DNA of 64,000 nucleotides, from the IMG/VR virus record IMGVR_UViG_2840949845_000010, positions 10,825 to 74,824 of that record; one strand, 5' to 3'. The DNA comes from a virus. Its lineage: Duplodnaviria > Caudoviricetes. Of the stretch, positions 28,180-37,269 are shown one piece after another (the first letter of the stretch is position 1; the number at the start of each line of letters is the position of its first letter). The notes under the pieces are model-generated. The model did no database searches. It was not told the DNA's origin and saw nothing but the letters and a program-made list of their open reading frames with translations. The translations under genes and the position numbers were made by a program.

Positions 28180-29724
28180 TTAAGAAACCACACCTTTTTG
28201 GTTATGGGAAATCACGTCATTGGCTATTTCACCGAACATCTTTATGCGGCTATACGGCACGAATCTCGGATTGTCACTAACGACCGGGAAGCGTGACACC
28301 ACCATGTGTTGGACCTCGTTCAGCGCCAGCTTCTCCTTCAGTAGATGTTCTCGGTTCTTTTCCTTTAACAAGGCGCTCTCATAAGCACGCACTAGCCTAT
28401 AATTGAATCTAGCAAAGCGCGAAGCGTCCGCCTCGAGATAATCGATATCAGTAAAATTGTTTTTGCATTGAATGTTCCAAATTACGCCATCCCGAACAGT
28501 TACAACATCAAACTCACGACGATTGATGCGCCGTACATCTTGCACAACGAAGCCCTGTCGGCTTATCTCCTGGCGAACCGCTTCTTCAAATATGAAGCCT
28601 GTGCGGATCTGATAACGCTTTTGACGATCAAGGCACCGAGCGCGCCAGTAGTAGATAAAACGACTCAGAAGTGTAACGGTTGATCGATAGACGCCATTGA
28701 TTAAAACAAAAGGGGAATAAGTAGACAGACAATCTAGATAGGTCACTCCCGATGAGAGAAATGCAGATTTCAAGTCTGGTGGCGCTCTAAATTCATCAAA
28801 TAGCGCTGAAATATCTTCTGGACTTACTACGATCCAAAAGTCCTTTTCCACAAAATTGATGGATAAACGACGCACTATTCCTGCCGCAGATGGAAATTCT
28901 GTCTTCGCCAATTCGAATTCTGAATAGGCTATTTCGATATTGAGAATATCATTTCGGAGTTCAGCAGCTGAGAAAATTCTGTCTGGACTTAACGTTTCCC
29001 TCATCGCCCATTGTGTAACATCGTCCGTGATTGGCATATTGATGATCGGTGCTCGCTCGGGCTCAAGAAAAAATGGATCTAGCATTGCCAATTCAGCAGA
29101 TTCTTGCGCCGGCAGACCAAGTTTTGTCCGAGACAGCTTCACCTTCAGCGCGTTCTGTGCGCCTTTCAATTGAACTCCGTTGAGCTCAATCATCGGCAGG
29201 AAGATAAGGAGCGCATCGTAAGGTATTACAGCCTTATTTCCGCAACATGCCTTCGGAATCATATGAAGTAGAGCTATGAAATGGCGCCGTCGCGATTGAA
29301 GATAGATTATCATAGATCCGACTGTTCTAAAATAAGAAGCGATCTCAGAGTGTCCGTGTGCATCAAAACCTGTCGCTATACCTACGCCATACCTTATAAG
29401 ATTGGTAAAGCGGTTTGCGAAATTTCTGCTGAATTTTTTAATAAATAATTGGCGCACAGCCTGAAACTGCGGTGTCAATTCGACGTGCAGGCTGAGCGGG
29501 AGAGAGTATATGTATTCTTCAAATTCGTCATCGTCCCAATCGACGTTTATTAAGTTAATGCACTCTTCGATAGCGCGAAGAGTATCAAGCCAAGCATATG
29601 TTGCAGAAATCGGCTCGTACGGAGCGAGGCAATCATGAACCATCTGGCGCTCTTGAAGCGCAATGCGTTCAACGAGCAAGTGCTCGGGAGACGATGCTGT
29701 CAAAATGCGTGATTGCTCGGTCAT
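28180..29724 (-). CDS. AT-rich cargo protein with a C-terminal PD-(D/E)XK/NERD-like nuclease domain
   Basis: GFIFEE...REFDVV...IQCK motif; low GC; own AT-rich upstream region. Confidence 0.75.
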   Translation of the reverse strand: MTEQSRILTASSPEHLLVERIALQERQMVHDCLAPYEPISATYAWLDTLRAIEECINLINVDWDDDEFEEYIYSLPLSLHVELTPQFQAVRQLFIKKFSRNFANRFTNLIRYGVGIATGFDAHGHSEIASYFRTVGSMIIYLQSRRRHFIALLHMIPKACCGNKAVIPYDALLIFLPMIELNGVQLKGAQNALKVKLSRTKLGLPAQESAELAMLDPFFLEPERAPIINMPITDDVTQWAMRETLSPDRIFSAAELRNDILNIEIAYSEFELAKTEFPSAAGIVRRLSINFVEKDFWIVVSPEDISALFDEFRAPPDLKSAFLSSGVTYLDCLSTYSPFVLINGVYRSTVTLLSRFIYYWRARCLDRQKRYQIRTGFIFEEAVRQEISRQGFVVQDVRRINRREFDVVTVRDGVIWNIQCKNNFTDIDYLEADASRFARFNYRLVRAYESALLKEKNREHLLKEKLALNEVQHMVVSRFPVVSDNPRFVPYSRIKMFGEIANDVISHNQKGVVS

Positions 29725-29982
29725 TGGAAGCGTGCTCCTACTTTGGATTTTAGAAAATTCCCCATCATTTTAAACGGGTTCTCAGCGCAGAATTTTACAA
29801 CCTGCCTCCCATCAAAGGATCATGATAGCCTGATTCATATATTAATACGCATGAAAAATCGCCAAAAGAAAAGCCCTCTCCCCACACATCCGCTCCTAGC
29901 GCACAGTAGCCTTTCAAGTAGCGGATGCAGCAACCCCACATACAGTAAGTGTCTTAACTGGACAGGAACGGCCGCAAGCAAC

Positions 29983-30012
29983 AAGCCCCGCCGATGAAGC
30001 GGGGCTTTCCTT
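29983..30012. terminator. Rho-independent terminator ending the fibre operon (possibly bidirectional)
   Basis: AAGCCCCGC-7nt-GCGGGGCTT stem with T-rich flanks. Confidence 0.7.
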
Positions 30013-31079
30013 CACAGCGAACCTCGTGGGTCCCATCGGAAATCATTGACACTCAGGCCCGTGTCAAAGCCCGCATAATAGGCGGACAGAGAGGCGTCGT
30101 AGTAATTGAATTGCTTCGTCATGCCCGAGGTTTGGGATATACGCCCCAGGAGATACCGTCCTTGCGGAGAGGCCGCCACCAGCGTGCCCCCTCCGGTCCA
30201 GGTCACGGCGTTGTAGTTGGTCGCGGTCGAGGCTGCCGGTAGGCCGCTCACCGCAGTCCAATTGGTGACGCGGAAGGCGGTGTTCGCCACGGACCCATTC
30301 ACGATGCCCGCAAGTTTGCTTGATGTGGAAACAAAATTGTTCAGAAAGCCGATGCTTGTTATTAGGCTTAAGGTTATTATTTTTGATGTTGATGTGTTTA
30401 GATACGCGCCATAAAGGTTGTTGCTCAGGACATAGTAAACAAATATTGCCGTTCCTTCTCGCCCCTTCGCCACAGTCAGCGAGGTTATGGCGGTCGAAAC
30501 CGTGAGCTGGTTGGAGAAAGCGGTCATGGTCGCCCAGGCGATGACCTGGAAGGATGGGCTTGAGGAACTGCCGGATGCGAAGCCCAGAACGATGTAAGCC
30601 CCGTCAGGGGACCACTCCCCCGCGTTCACCGCCGTGGAACGACTGTAGGCGCCAGACACCGGGGTCCAGGTCGCGGCGTCATAGAACTTCACGTACCCGC
30701 CGGCGTCCGTGACGGCCAGCACATCGTTGGCGGTCGGTCGCCACCCAATGATCTTGGTGAAGGTTCCGTCGATCTCGGCGATCACATCCTGGGTGTCGGC
30801 GTTGAAGATCACCAGCTTGTTGACGGTGCCGGTCAGAATCACCGCGAGACGCCCATCGCTGGATGGGCACACCTGCTTGCAACTCGGCCCTTGGCTGGCG
30901 TAGGTCGAGAATGTCCGGCTGTCCCACCGGGCTTTCTGGAAGTTCCAGGTCGAAATGTATTTGGCGCCGTCGAAACTGTGACCGAAGTAGATGACCGGAT
31001 CGGTCGGCAAGATGACGGCCTTTGCACTGGCGGCCTTTGCAAGGCAGGCCGAGTGGTACGCGGTCAGGCACTCCAGCAT
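30012..31079 (-). CDS. WD40-like beta-propeller, putative fibre-tip adhesin
   Basis: SSDGRLAVI, WRPT and WSPDGAYIV repeats; TGATG-coupled to the fibre gene. Confidence 0.7.
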   Translation of the reverse strand: MLECLTAYHSACLAKAASAKAVILPTDPVIYFGHSFDGAKYISTWNFQKARWDSRTFSTYASQGPSCKQVCPSSDGRLAVILTGTVNKLVIFNADTQDVIAEIDGTFTKIIGWRPTANDVLAVTDAGGYVKFYDAATWTPVSGAYSRSTAVNAGEWSPDGAYIVLGFASGSSSSPSFQVIAWATMTAFSNQLTVSTAITSLTVAKGREGTAIFVYYVLSNNLYGAYLNTSTSKIITLSLITSIGFLNNFVSTSSKLAGIVNGSVANTAFRVTNWTAVSGLPAASTATNYNAVTWTGGGTLVAASPQGRYLLGRISQTSGMTKQFNYYDASLSAYYAGFDTGLSVNDFRWDPRGSL

Positions 31080-32116
31080 CAGAACCCCACCACGGCGAAG
31101 GCACGGACCACCGATCCATCGACTGACCGGCGAAGATGAATCTCGTCCGTCCCGGACGAGGACAGGGAGGGGACTTCACCGCCCAGCCAGACGATCCCAC
31201 TCGGCCATGTCGGGGTGAACGCCCCGCCGTTGGTCAGGCGCAGGATGTAGACGGCTTCGCCGCTGGTCGGCGCGCCCGACAGGATGACGGTGTAGGCCGC
31301 AGTCGCCGTGTGGCTGAACAGCACGCCCGTCGCGTGGTCCAGCGTGACGTTGGCCCCGGACACCGTGACGGCGCCGACCTTCAGAGAGGGGTTGCTGATC
31401 GCGGTGGCGTCGGCCTTCGCGTCCAGCGCGGCCTGGAGACCCGTGACGGTGGCGATGGCGTGGGTGTGGCTCGTCGCCGCCTTGCCGTCCAAGGTGGTCT
31501 GGAGGTTCGTCACGTCCGAGATCGCGTGGGTGTGGGCGCTCGGGGTGAAGCTGTCCGGCTTCCCCGTCACCCCCGTCCACGGAACCGAGGCCGCCGTGCC
31601 AGCGCTGAACGCGGTGTAGCCCGCCTCCACGGTCAACTGCGTCTGGTCGGTGACGATGTAGACGTTGCCGGTGTCGGCCTCCTTCACGAAGTCGCCGAGT
31701 TGAACCGTGGCCGTGGTCAGCGCCAGCCGGGCCGCCGTGTTCGCCACCCCGACCATCCGCTCCAGCGCGGCGGTTGGGATGCGGGCGATGTCGAACACCC
31801 CGCTCGTGATCGTGGAGGCGTCCTGCGTGTGGACGGCCTCGGCCTTGCCGTCCAGCTTGGTCTGGAGATCGGTCACGCTGGCGATGGTATGGGTGTGGGA
31901 GTTCGCGGCCTTGGCGTCCAGGGCCGCCTGGAGACCGGGAACATCGTCGATGCCGTCGATGCTCGACCCGCCGACCTTGACGATGCTCCCGTCCGTCTTG
32001 CGGACGTAGATCGAGTCCACGTCGTCGAAGGCGATCTCGCGCAGGGCAAGGTCGCTGGTCGAGGGAACAGCCCCCGCCGTGCGGGCGGTCTTCAACAGGA
32101 TGCGCGAATAGCTCAT
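31079..32116 (-). CDS. Fibre protein: Mtd-N-like N-terminus, HTHxIxxVTxLQxxLDxKA repeats, C-terminal tip domain
   Basis: ILLKTARTAGAVPSTSDL; repeated HTH fibre motifs; TWPSGIVWLGGEVP. Confidence 0.85.
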   Translation of the reverse strand: MSYSRILLKTARTAGAVPSTSDLALREIAFDDVDSIYVRKTDGSIVKVGGSSIDGIDDVPGLQAALDAKAANSHTHTIASVTDLQTKLDGKAEAVHTQDASTITSGVFDIARIPTAALERMVGVANTAARLALTTATVQLGDFVKEADTGNVYIVTDQTQLTVEAGYTAFSAGTAASVPWTGVTGKPDSFTPSAHTHAISDVTNLQTTLDGKAATSHTHAIATVTGLQAALDAKADATAISNPSLKVGAVTVSGANVTLDHATGVLFSHTATAAYTVILSGAPTSGEAVYILRLTNGGAFTPTWPSGIVWLGGEVPSLSSSGTDEIHLRRSVDGSVVRAFAVVGF

Positions 32117-32445
32117 GAATAATCCCCACCATCCAGGGTGAAGTTCGGGTTGTCGAACGCCGAGAGGGGGAAGACGGTGATGTTGCCCTTTCGATCAACC
32201 GAAGGGACGACGCTCTGGGTGACGGGATCACGGGTCTCGCCAACGCCGAAAATCCCGCCGTCCGCTTCCGCGACCGGGACCTCAAGGCCGGGAAACCGTC
32301 CCCCGTCTGTGTCGGAACCCCAGCCCGTGTAGACCCTGTAGGTCACGCGGTCTGGGTCTTCATCCCCGTCCAACCCCATGAGCCAGCGGGCGGCTCCTCG
32401 GGCCATGCGGATCAAGGGGGCGTCCGCGTTGACGAGACCTGACAT
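32113..32445 (-). CDS. Small protein with three DGGx(F/Y) motifs
   Basis: GGAGG RBS before ATG 32445; DGGRF, DGGIF and terminal DGGDY. Confidence 0.7.
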   Translation of the reverse strand: MSGLVNADAPLIRMARGAARWLMGLDGDEDPDRVTYRVYTGWGSDTDGGRFPGLEVPVAEADGGIFGVGETRDPVTQSVVPSVDRKGNITVFPLSAFDNPNFTLDGGDYS

Positions 32446-32460
32446 CGCTCCCCTCCGCGC

Positions 32461-32494
32461 AAAGAGAAAAGGGGTGGCGCAACGCACCACCCCC
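32461..32494 (-). terminator. Internal rho-independent terminator
   Basis: GGGGTGG/CCACCCC stem followed by TTTTCTCTTT. Confidence 0.8.
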
Positions 32495-32523
32495 TCCTCG
32501 TGTTGGCTTACGCCAGGGCGATG

Positions 32524-33477
32524 TTAGGTGACGCGCACCTTGTCGGTCGCCGACAGGGCGGCCACCGGCAGGATGTTCACCCCGTCCACGGTGTAATCGT
32601 CCACCACGTCCACCAGCAGGCCGTTGATGTAGACCTGTTCGGTGCCGGCAACCGGGGTTGCGGCCAGGGCGAAGGAGGTGAAGCCGCCGTTCGCCACCGC
32701 CGCCTCGCGGACCACGAAGGTCGCGGCGACCGCCGTGCCGTCCGCGTTGCCGACGAAGATGCGGCCCGCCGCCAGGGCCGCGTTCAGCTTGGTCGGCAGC
32801 GCGCCCTCGACCGCCGTCACCCGGTCGGTCAGCGCGCTGTCGGCGGCCTGAAGGGTGTCGATCTCACCTTCGCTCGCCGTGACGCGGGCCTCCAGCGCGG
32901 TCGCGTCGGCCTCGGCGTTGGTGACGCGGCCTTCCAGCGCGTCGATGTCGGCCTCGGCGGTCGTGACGCGGCCGGTGAGCGCCGTCACGTCGCCATCGAC
33001 CTCGACCAGCGCGCCCTGCACGTCGGTGGCCTGGAGACTGCCGACCGGGGTGAACGTCACCTGTTCCGCCGCATAGTCGCCCGCTTCGGCCAGGATCGGA
33101 CCCGACCGACCGAAGACCGAGACCACCTTGTCGGTGTTGTCGATCTTCTCCCAGTCGGCGCCGTTCGAGACCACCCAGTCGCGCTGTTCCCAGTCGGCCA
33201 CGCCGTCGATGACGGTCGTGCCGGCGACGGCCACGACGTAGTAATGCCCCTTGTTGTCGGCGGCGGCGGTCGGCAGGACCGGCAGGTTCTGGGTGGCGTC
33301 CCAGATCCCCTTGTAGGTCATTGCGCCCGCAACCTTGGAGACCTCGGAATCCACATACGCCTTGCGGGTCACGTCGTTGGCCGCGACCGGAGCGCCCAGG
33401 TTCGACAGGATGAAGCCGCCGAAGTCGAAGTTCTCGGTGGCCTGAACCTGCTTCAGCTTCAGCAAAGTCTTTGCCAT
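32524..33477 (-). CDS. Fibre protein with a coiled-coil shaft and C-terminal VYING domain
   Basis: NLGAPVAANDVTRKAYVD; YKGIWDA...WEKIDNTD; heptad repeats of LEGRVTxAE type. Confidence 0.85.
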   Translation of the reverse strand: MAKTLLKLKQVQATENFDFGGFILSNLGAPVAANDVTRKAYVDSEVSKVAGAMTYKGIWDATQNLPVLPTAAADNKGHYYVVAVAGTTVIDGVADWEQRDWVVSNGADWEKIDNTDKVVSVFGRSGPILAEAGDYAAEQVTFTPVGSLQATDVQGALVEVDGDVTALTGRVTTAEADIDALEGRVTNAEADATALEARVTASEGEIDTLQAADSALTDRVTAVEGALPTKLNAALAAGRIFVGNADGTAVAATFVVREAAVANGGFTSFALAATPVAGTEQVYINGLLVDVVDDYTVDGVNILPVAALSATDKVRVT

Positions 33478-33504
33478 GGTGGCGATGCTCCCTTCAGGTA
33501 AATG

Positions 33505-33930
33505 TTAGGTGGAGGTCATGTAGTAGACGGCGACCGTATCGCTGCTATCCAGCGAGTAGCCGACGACACCCATATCGATCTTGACCACGTAGGGGCCGGC
33601 TCCATCGAGCGAGACCGCCGTAAGGTCGATGCCCATGCCGTTGATGGTCACGATCAGACCATCCTTGTTCCCACCCTGAAGACCATCCGGCAGGGTGGTG
33701 TTGAGGGTGTGGATGCCGGTCGTCGCAATCGCCGGACCAGCCTCGGTGAAGCTGCGGCGCTCGAAGACGATGCCGCCCTGGGAGGGCATCCACACCGGGG
33801 CGCCGCCTTCCATCGTCAGGACGTAGCCGTCGCCGCCGGGCGCCAGCGACGCGCCACGGCCCTCGGCGTCGCCGAGGGCGAGGTTGTAGGCCGGGATGGC
33901 AATCTGTTTGAGGCGTTGCGTGCTCGCCAT
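33505..33930 (-). CDS. Short fibre/adaptor protein
   Basis: RLKQI N-terminus, GDGYVLT...PVW fibre motif, C-terminal VTING domain. Confidence 0.75.
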   Translation of the reverse strand: MASTQRLKQIAIPAYNLALGDAEGRGASLAPGGDGYVLTMEGGAPVWMPSQGGIVFERRSFTEAGPAIATTGIHTLNTTLPDGLQGGNKDGLIVTINGMGIDLTAVSLDGAGPYVVKIDMGVVGYSLDSSDTVAVYYMTST

Positions 33931-33940
33931 GGTCAGACTC

Positions 33941-34306
33941 TCAGGTTTGGGTTGCTGCGGGCAGCGCCGAGTAGACGATCAAAAGTTCGTCCACGGTTTC
34001 GAGCCGATACGGAAGGTTGAGGATGGTCAGCGTCGGCGCCGAGTAGGTGAAGCTCTCGGGCGACAGCCCCTGGCCGTTGATCTGGACTTGCTCGACCTCG
34101 TAAACGTCGCCCGGCATCGTGAAGACGGTCTGACCGTCCTGGTCGATGGCGACCTTGAGGGAGCGAATGTCCGATCCTGTAAACCCGGCGCGCAGGAGGT
34201 CGCTGATCTTGAGTCGGCGCGTCACCCCGTTCTGGACGATGGGTAGCCATTCATCCCCGGTCAGGGGGAGCGCCAGATCGAGTTGTGAGATTGTCCGTCC
34301 GCTCAT
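33941..34306 (-). CDS. Two-domain fibre adaptor protein
   Basis: TISQLDLALPLTGDEWLPIVQNGVT N-domain plus GQTVF...VQING...LLIVY C-domain. Confidence 0.75.
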   Translation of the reverse strand: MSGRTISQLDLALPLTGDEWLPIVQNGVTRRLKISDLLRAGFTGSDIRSLKVAIDQDGQTVFTMPGDVYEVEQVQINGQGLSPESFTYSAPTLTILNLPYRLETVDELLIVYSALPAATQT

Positions 34307-34452
34307 CGGCCTTCGGAAGCGTGAAGGCCGGGACGCCCCAGTCCCGGCCCTCTTCCCCCGCCCCAGGAGAACCCGCCACGAGTGCGAGCAACACCCAGAC
34401 CCTACCAGCCCCAGGAGCGCTGTCATGCAGCAGACGGGTAAGGGTTGCGGCC

Positions 34453-34755
34453 CTAACCCAGCTCCGTGACCACAAGAAGACCGGCGGTGGCGGTCGGGCC
34501 GGGGCGCGCATCCAGCTTGGTGTATTGGCGGGTGTCGTAGACGAAGTATCCCCCGCCGCGCAGATACACTTCCGGGCCGCCGTCGTAGAAGCGGATGACG
34601 GTGTCGTATTCCGGCTGAAGTTCGACGGCCAGCACCTCCTCCACCTTGAACGTGGCGGTGGAGGTCCACTCCCCGGCGGTCAGAGACATCTGGTGGCAGC
34701 CGACCGGGTGCAGGGCCTGGACAGGCTGCCGGTTGTCATCCATCGGAAGCGGCAT
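34453..34755 (-). CDS. Small putative virion protein
   Basis: GGAGA RBS; starts MPLPMDDNRQPVQAL. Confidence 0.65.
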   Translation of the reverse strand: MPLPMDDNRQPVQALHPVGCHQMSLTAGEWTSTATFKVEEVLAVELQPEYDTVIRFYDGGPEVYLRGGGYFVYDTRQYTKLDARPGPTATAGLLVVTELG

Positions 34756-35821
34756 CGTAGAAATCTCCGTCATAGTCTTCGTTGAAGTCGGGGAAGACCC
34801 CGTTGCCGTATTCGCTACAGTCGATGGTCTCGTAGGCGTCCACGTCGGCGTCATCGACCGGGTAGAGGTAGCCGTCGGGGACGGGCCGGGTGGCGTTCGG
34901 ATCGAACAGGGCGCCCATGGCGAAGAGGTCGCCGTAGGCGTCGAGGTCGGCACGGCCCTGGTGGAAGGCGGTTGCCACGGAGAGGGTCGCGGCGCCGACG
35001 AGCACGACGATCATCGGCGGCGCGAAGATCAGCGTTCCTTCGCCCACCAGCGTGGCGGCGCCGGTCATCAGCGTGAAAGAGACCGGGTTGGCTGTCAGGG
35101 TGGAGGTTTCGCCGACGCTCCAGAGCTTGGCCTTGTAGGTCTGCTGGTGGGAGATCTCCCCGACAACCAGGCTTGCGACCCCCGGCATGATGATGCCGAT
35201 GTCGTCAACGGTGGCATCCTGGACGGCCAGCGTGCCCCTGCCCAGGAAACGGGCGGTCGGAACGGCGAGGGTCGCCCCCTTCGCCACCAGCTTGCCCTTG
35301 GCGAGGAGCGCTGCGGCGCCGACGCTGTGGGCGCCTTGAAGGGCCTTCAGCGTGGCCTTGCCCTGGACCTGGGCGCCGGCCACCCAATTGACCTTGGCTG
35401 TGATCGGGTTATGGAACCGACCGAACCCCTTCAGCTCGACCACCTGCTTGCGGTGGATCGCGCCGATGGCGGCGAAACGGCCCCGACCGCGAAGGCGGTT
35501 GTGGGGCACATTCACGAACAGGTCGCCGATCAGGTCGGCCTCGCCGATCATCGGTTCGGCGTAGGCGGTGTGGGTCGTGACCTCGGTCGGGGCGCAGACC
35601 GCCAGCAGTATCTGGGTTCCGTCCTCGCAGAGGAGCGGCACGCCGTCCTGACACAGCAGGACGGGACAGGCGGCCTCGCACGTCAGCAGCAGGATCGGCT
35701 CGCCGTCCTCGCACAGCAGACACAGCCCATCCTCGCACAGCAGGAACACGTCCCCCTCGCAGGGTGAGGAGGTCGCCCGCCTCACCCATCGGCGTTCGGA
35801 AAGGAGACGGGTGAGCTGCAT
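34736..35821 (-). CDS. Putative scaffold/fibre protein with LLCEDG repeats and an acidic tail
   Basis: Four LLC(E/Q)DG units, A/G/L-rich beta middle, D/Y-rich C-terminus. Confidence 0.7.
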   Translation of the reverse strand: MQLTRLLSERRWVRRATSSPCEGDVFLLCEDGLCLLCEDGEPILLLTCEAACPVLLCQDGVPLLCEDGTQILLAVCAPTEVTTHTAYAEPMIGEADLIGDLFVNVPHNRLRGRGRFAAIGAIHRKQVVELKGFGRFHNPITAKVNWVAGAQVQGKATLKALQGAHSVGAAALLAKGKLVAKGATLAVPTARFLGRGTLAVQDATVDDIGIIMPGVASLVVGEISHQQTYKAKLWSVGETSTLTANPVSFTLMTGAATLVGEGTLIFAPPMIVVLVGAATLSVATAFHQGRADLDAYGDLFAMGALFDPNATRPVPDGYLYPVDDADVDAYETIDCSEYGNGVFPDFNEDYDGDFYDAASDG

Positions 35822-35824
35822 GAC

Positions 35825-36217
35825 TTACTGGTTGCTGGCCTGGATCGACCCGATGGGGAACTCCATCCGGCCCCCGGCGGCCACCGTGTTGGAGGGCGTG
35901 ACCGCGCCGTAATAGAGAAGCTGCCCCCCGCTCTGGGCGGACATCACGCCGACATGGGAGATCGTTCCCCAGGCGGCGGTCGCGACGGGGAAGGTCAGCA
36001 GGTTCTCGTTCGCGCTGACGCCGTCGCTTGGGTCCGAGAAGGTGATGAGCTGGCGGACGTAACTGCCGCCCGTAACCTCGACGCCGGAATTGTCGTCGTT
36101 CGGGTTCGAGGTGTAGAGCGCGAGGTAAACCGCACCGGGCGGGGTCGTGTTGTTCGGGTTGCCCCGAAGAAAGAAGTTGATGATCTCGTTTTCCATGTAG
36201 TCGGAGAACGCGGACAT
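35825..36217 (-). CDS. Conserved small phage structural (fibre-associated) protein
   Basis: SDYMEN...VYLALYTSNP...EVTGGSYVRQ...FPVATAAWGTISH pattern. Confidence 0.85.
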   Translation of the reverse strand: MSAFSDYMENEIINFFLRGNPNNTTPPGAVYLALYTSNPNDDNSGVEVTGGSYVRQLITFSDPSDGVSANENLLTFPVATAAWGTISHVGVMSAQSGGQLLYYGAVTPSNTVAAGGRMEFPIGSIQASNQ

Positions 36218-36660
36218 GGAGCTGGCTCCCAAACAAGTGAATCGTTGGATCGGGCCAAGCTACGGGATCGGGGCGACCGGCGCCGTTCAGGACTGGGTTC
36301 ACGGCGCGGCAGTAACTCAGGTTCAAGTTGAAGTAATAAAAGTACATTTCCGAATTTCTGGAAATTTCATCGGTCGAGATGAAGGGGGGACCCCCACCCC
36401 GTACCCTTCAACCCATTGTAAATAAAGGGTGTACCCTTCGCCCCGGCCCTGCGCTTATGGCAAGTCACGGCCTACCCCTGTGCTATGGTGTGTCTACGGT
36501 GATTAACAAATCACTCGCCCATCGAAGGAGAAGGCAAGGGCGTCGATAGGAGAAGTCTGTCTAAATCCGTCCCATGTCCAAATGTTGGACAGAAAGGACG
36601 AAGACAGGACAGGTGCGCCCACTTCCCGGACCCATCCAAATTTTGAACGGGGTATCGAAC

Positions 36661-37236
36661 ATGACGACGCAAGTAACCTACACGTCCGCCATGAAGTTGA
36701 CGGCGGCGGCTTTCGACGGGGTGTCGGATCGCCTCATCCATTTGGCGGCTTCCACGGCGCTGACCTACCTTGCGGGCGTCAACGGGTGGAACACGGACAA
36801 GAAAATTCCCGCTGAAACGGTGCGCGAACAGTTGGTCGATACGTTCCAAACGAGCGGGAACAAGCGGACCACGGCCTACACCTTCGCGCAAACGGGGTGG
36901 AAGCTCGCCGCTCGCCTGTCCAAGGGAGACAAGGCGTTCCGGGAAACCTTGAAGGCGAGCGACTTGCAAGAAGCCGTCAACCTGATTGTGGTTCAGATCA
37001 AGGCGGATTTGCAGGCTGGCAACCTGCCCCTGACCATGGATGGTTTGAAAGCCCTGTTGGAAGGGCCGAAGAAAGACGCCAAGCCCGCGAAAGGCGCGGC
37101 GGAAAAGATCCTCACCTTGCTCAATGCGGACGACAGCGAGTTCAGCGACCAAGAGCTTGAGGACATTCTCGCCGCCGTCCGGGGGCTGGTCACGGCCCGC
37201 GCCCAGCACGCCGCCCCTCTTCAGCAAGCCGCCTGA
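36661..37236 (+). CDS. Hypothetical early protein
   Basis: First plus-strand ORF of the early region, followed by a hairpin. Confidence 0.75.
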   Translation: MTTQVTYTSAMKLTAAAFDGVSDRLIHLAASTALTYLAGVNGWNTDKKIPAETVREQLVDTFQTSGNKRTTAYTFAQTGWKLAARLSKGDKAFRETLKASDLQEAVNLIVVQIKADLQAGNLPLTMDGLKALLEGPKKDAKPAKGAAEKILTLLNADDSEFSDQELEDILAAVRGLVTARAQHAAPLQQAA

Positions 37237-37246
37237 CACGCAACCC

Positions 37247-37269
37247 GGCGGGGGGAAACTCCCCCCGCC
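37247..37269 (+). terminator. GC-rich hairpin after the 36661 gene
   Basis: GGCGGGGGG-AAACT-CCCCCCGCC; no U-tract. Confidence 0.45.

Noticed and set aside
32521-33511. ATGTTAGGTG at the stop codons of two adjacent genes (32521 and 33502)
   Set aside because: Only 10 bp; one copy is better explained by a single-base insertion; chance not excluded
30012-36217. Diversity-generating retroelement suggested by the Mtd-N-like domain
   Set aside because: No reverse transcriptase and no template/variable repeat pair differing at adenines seen in the window
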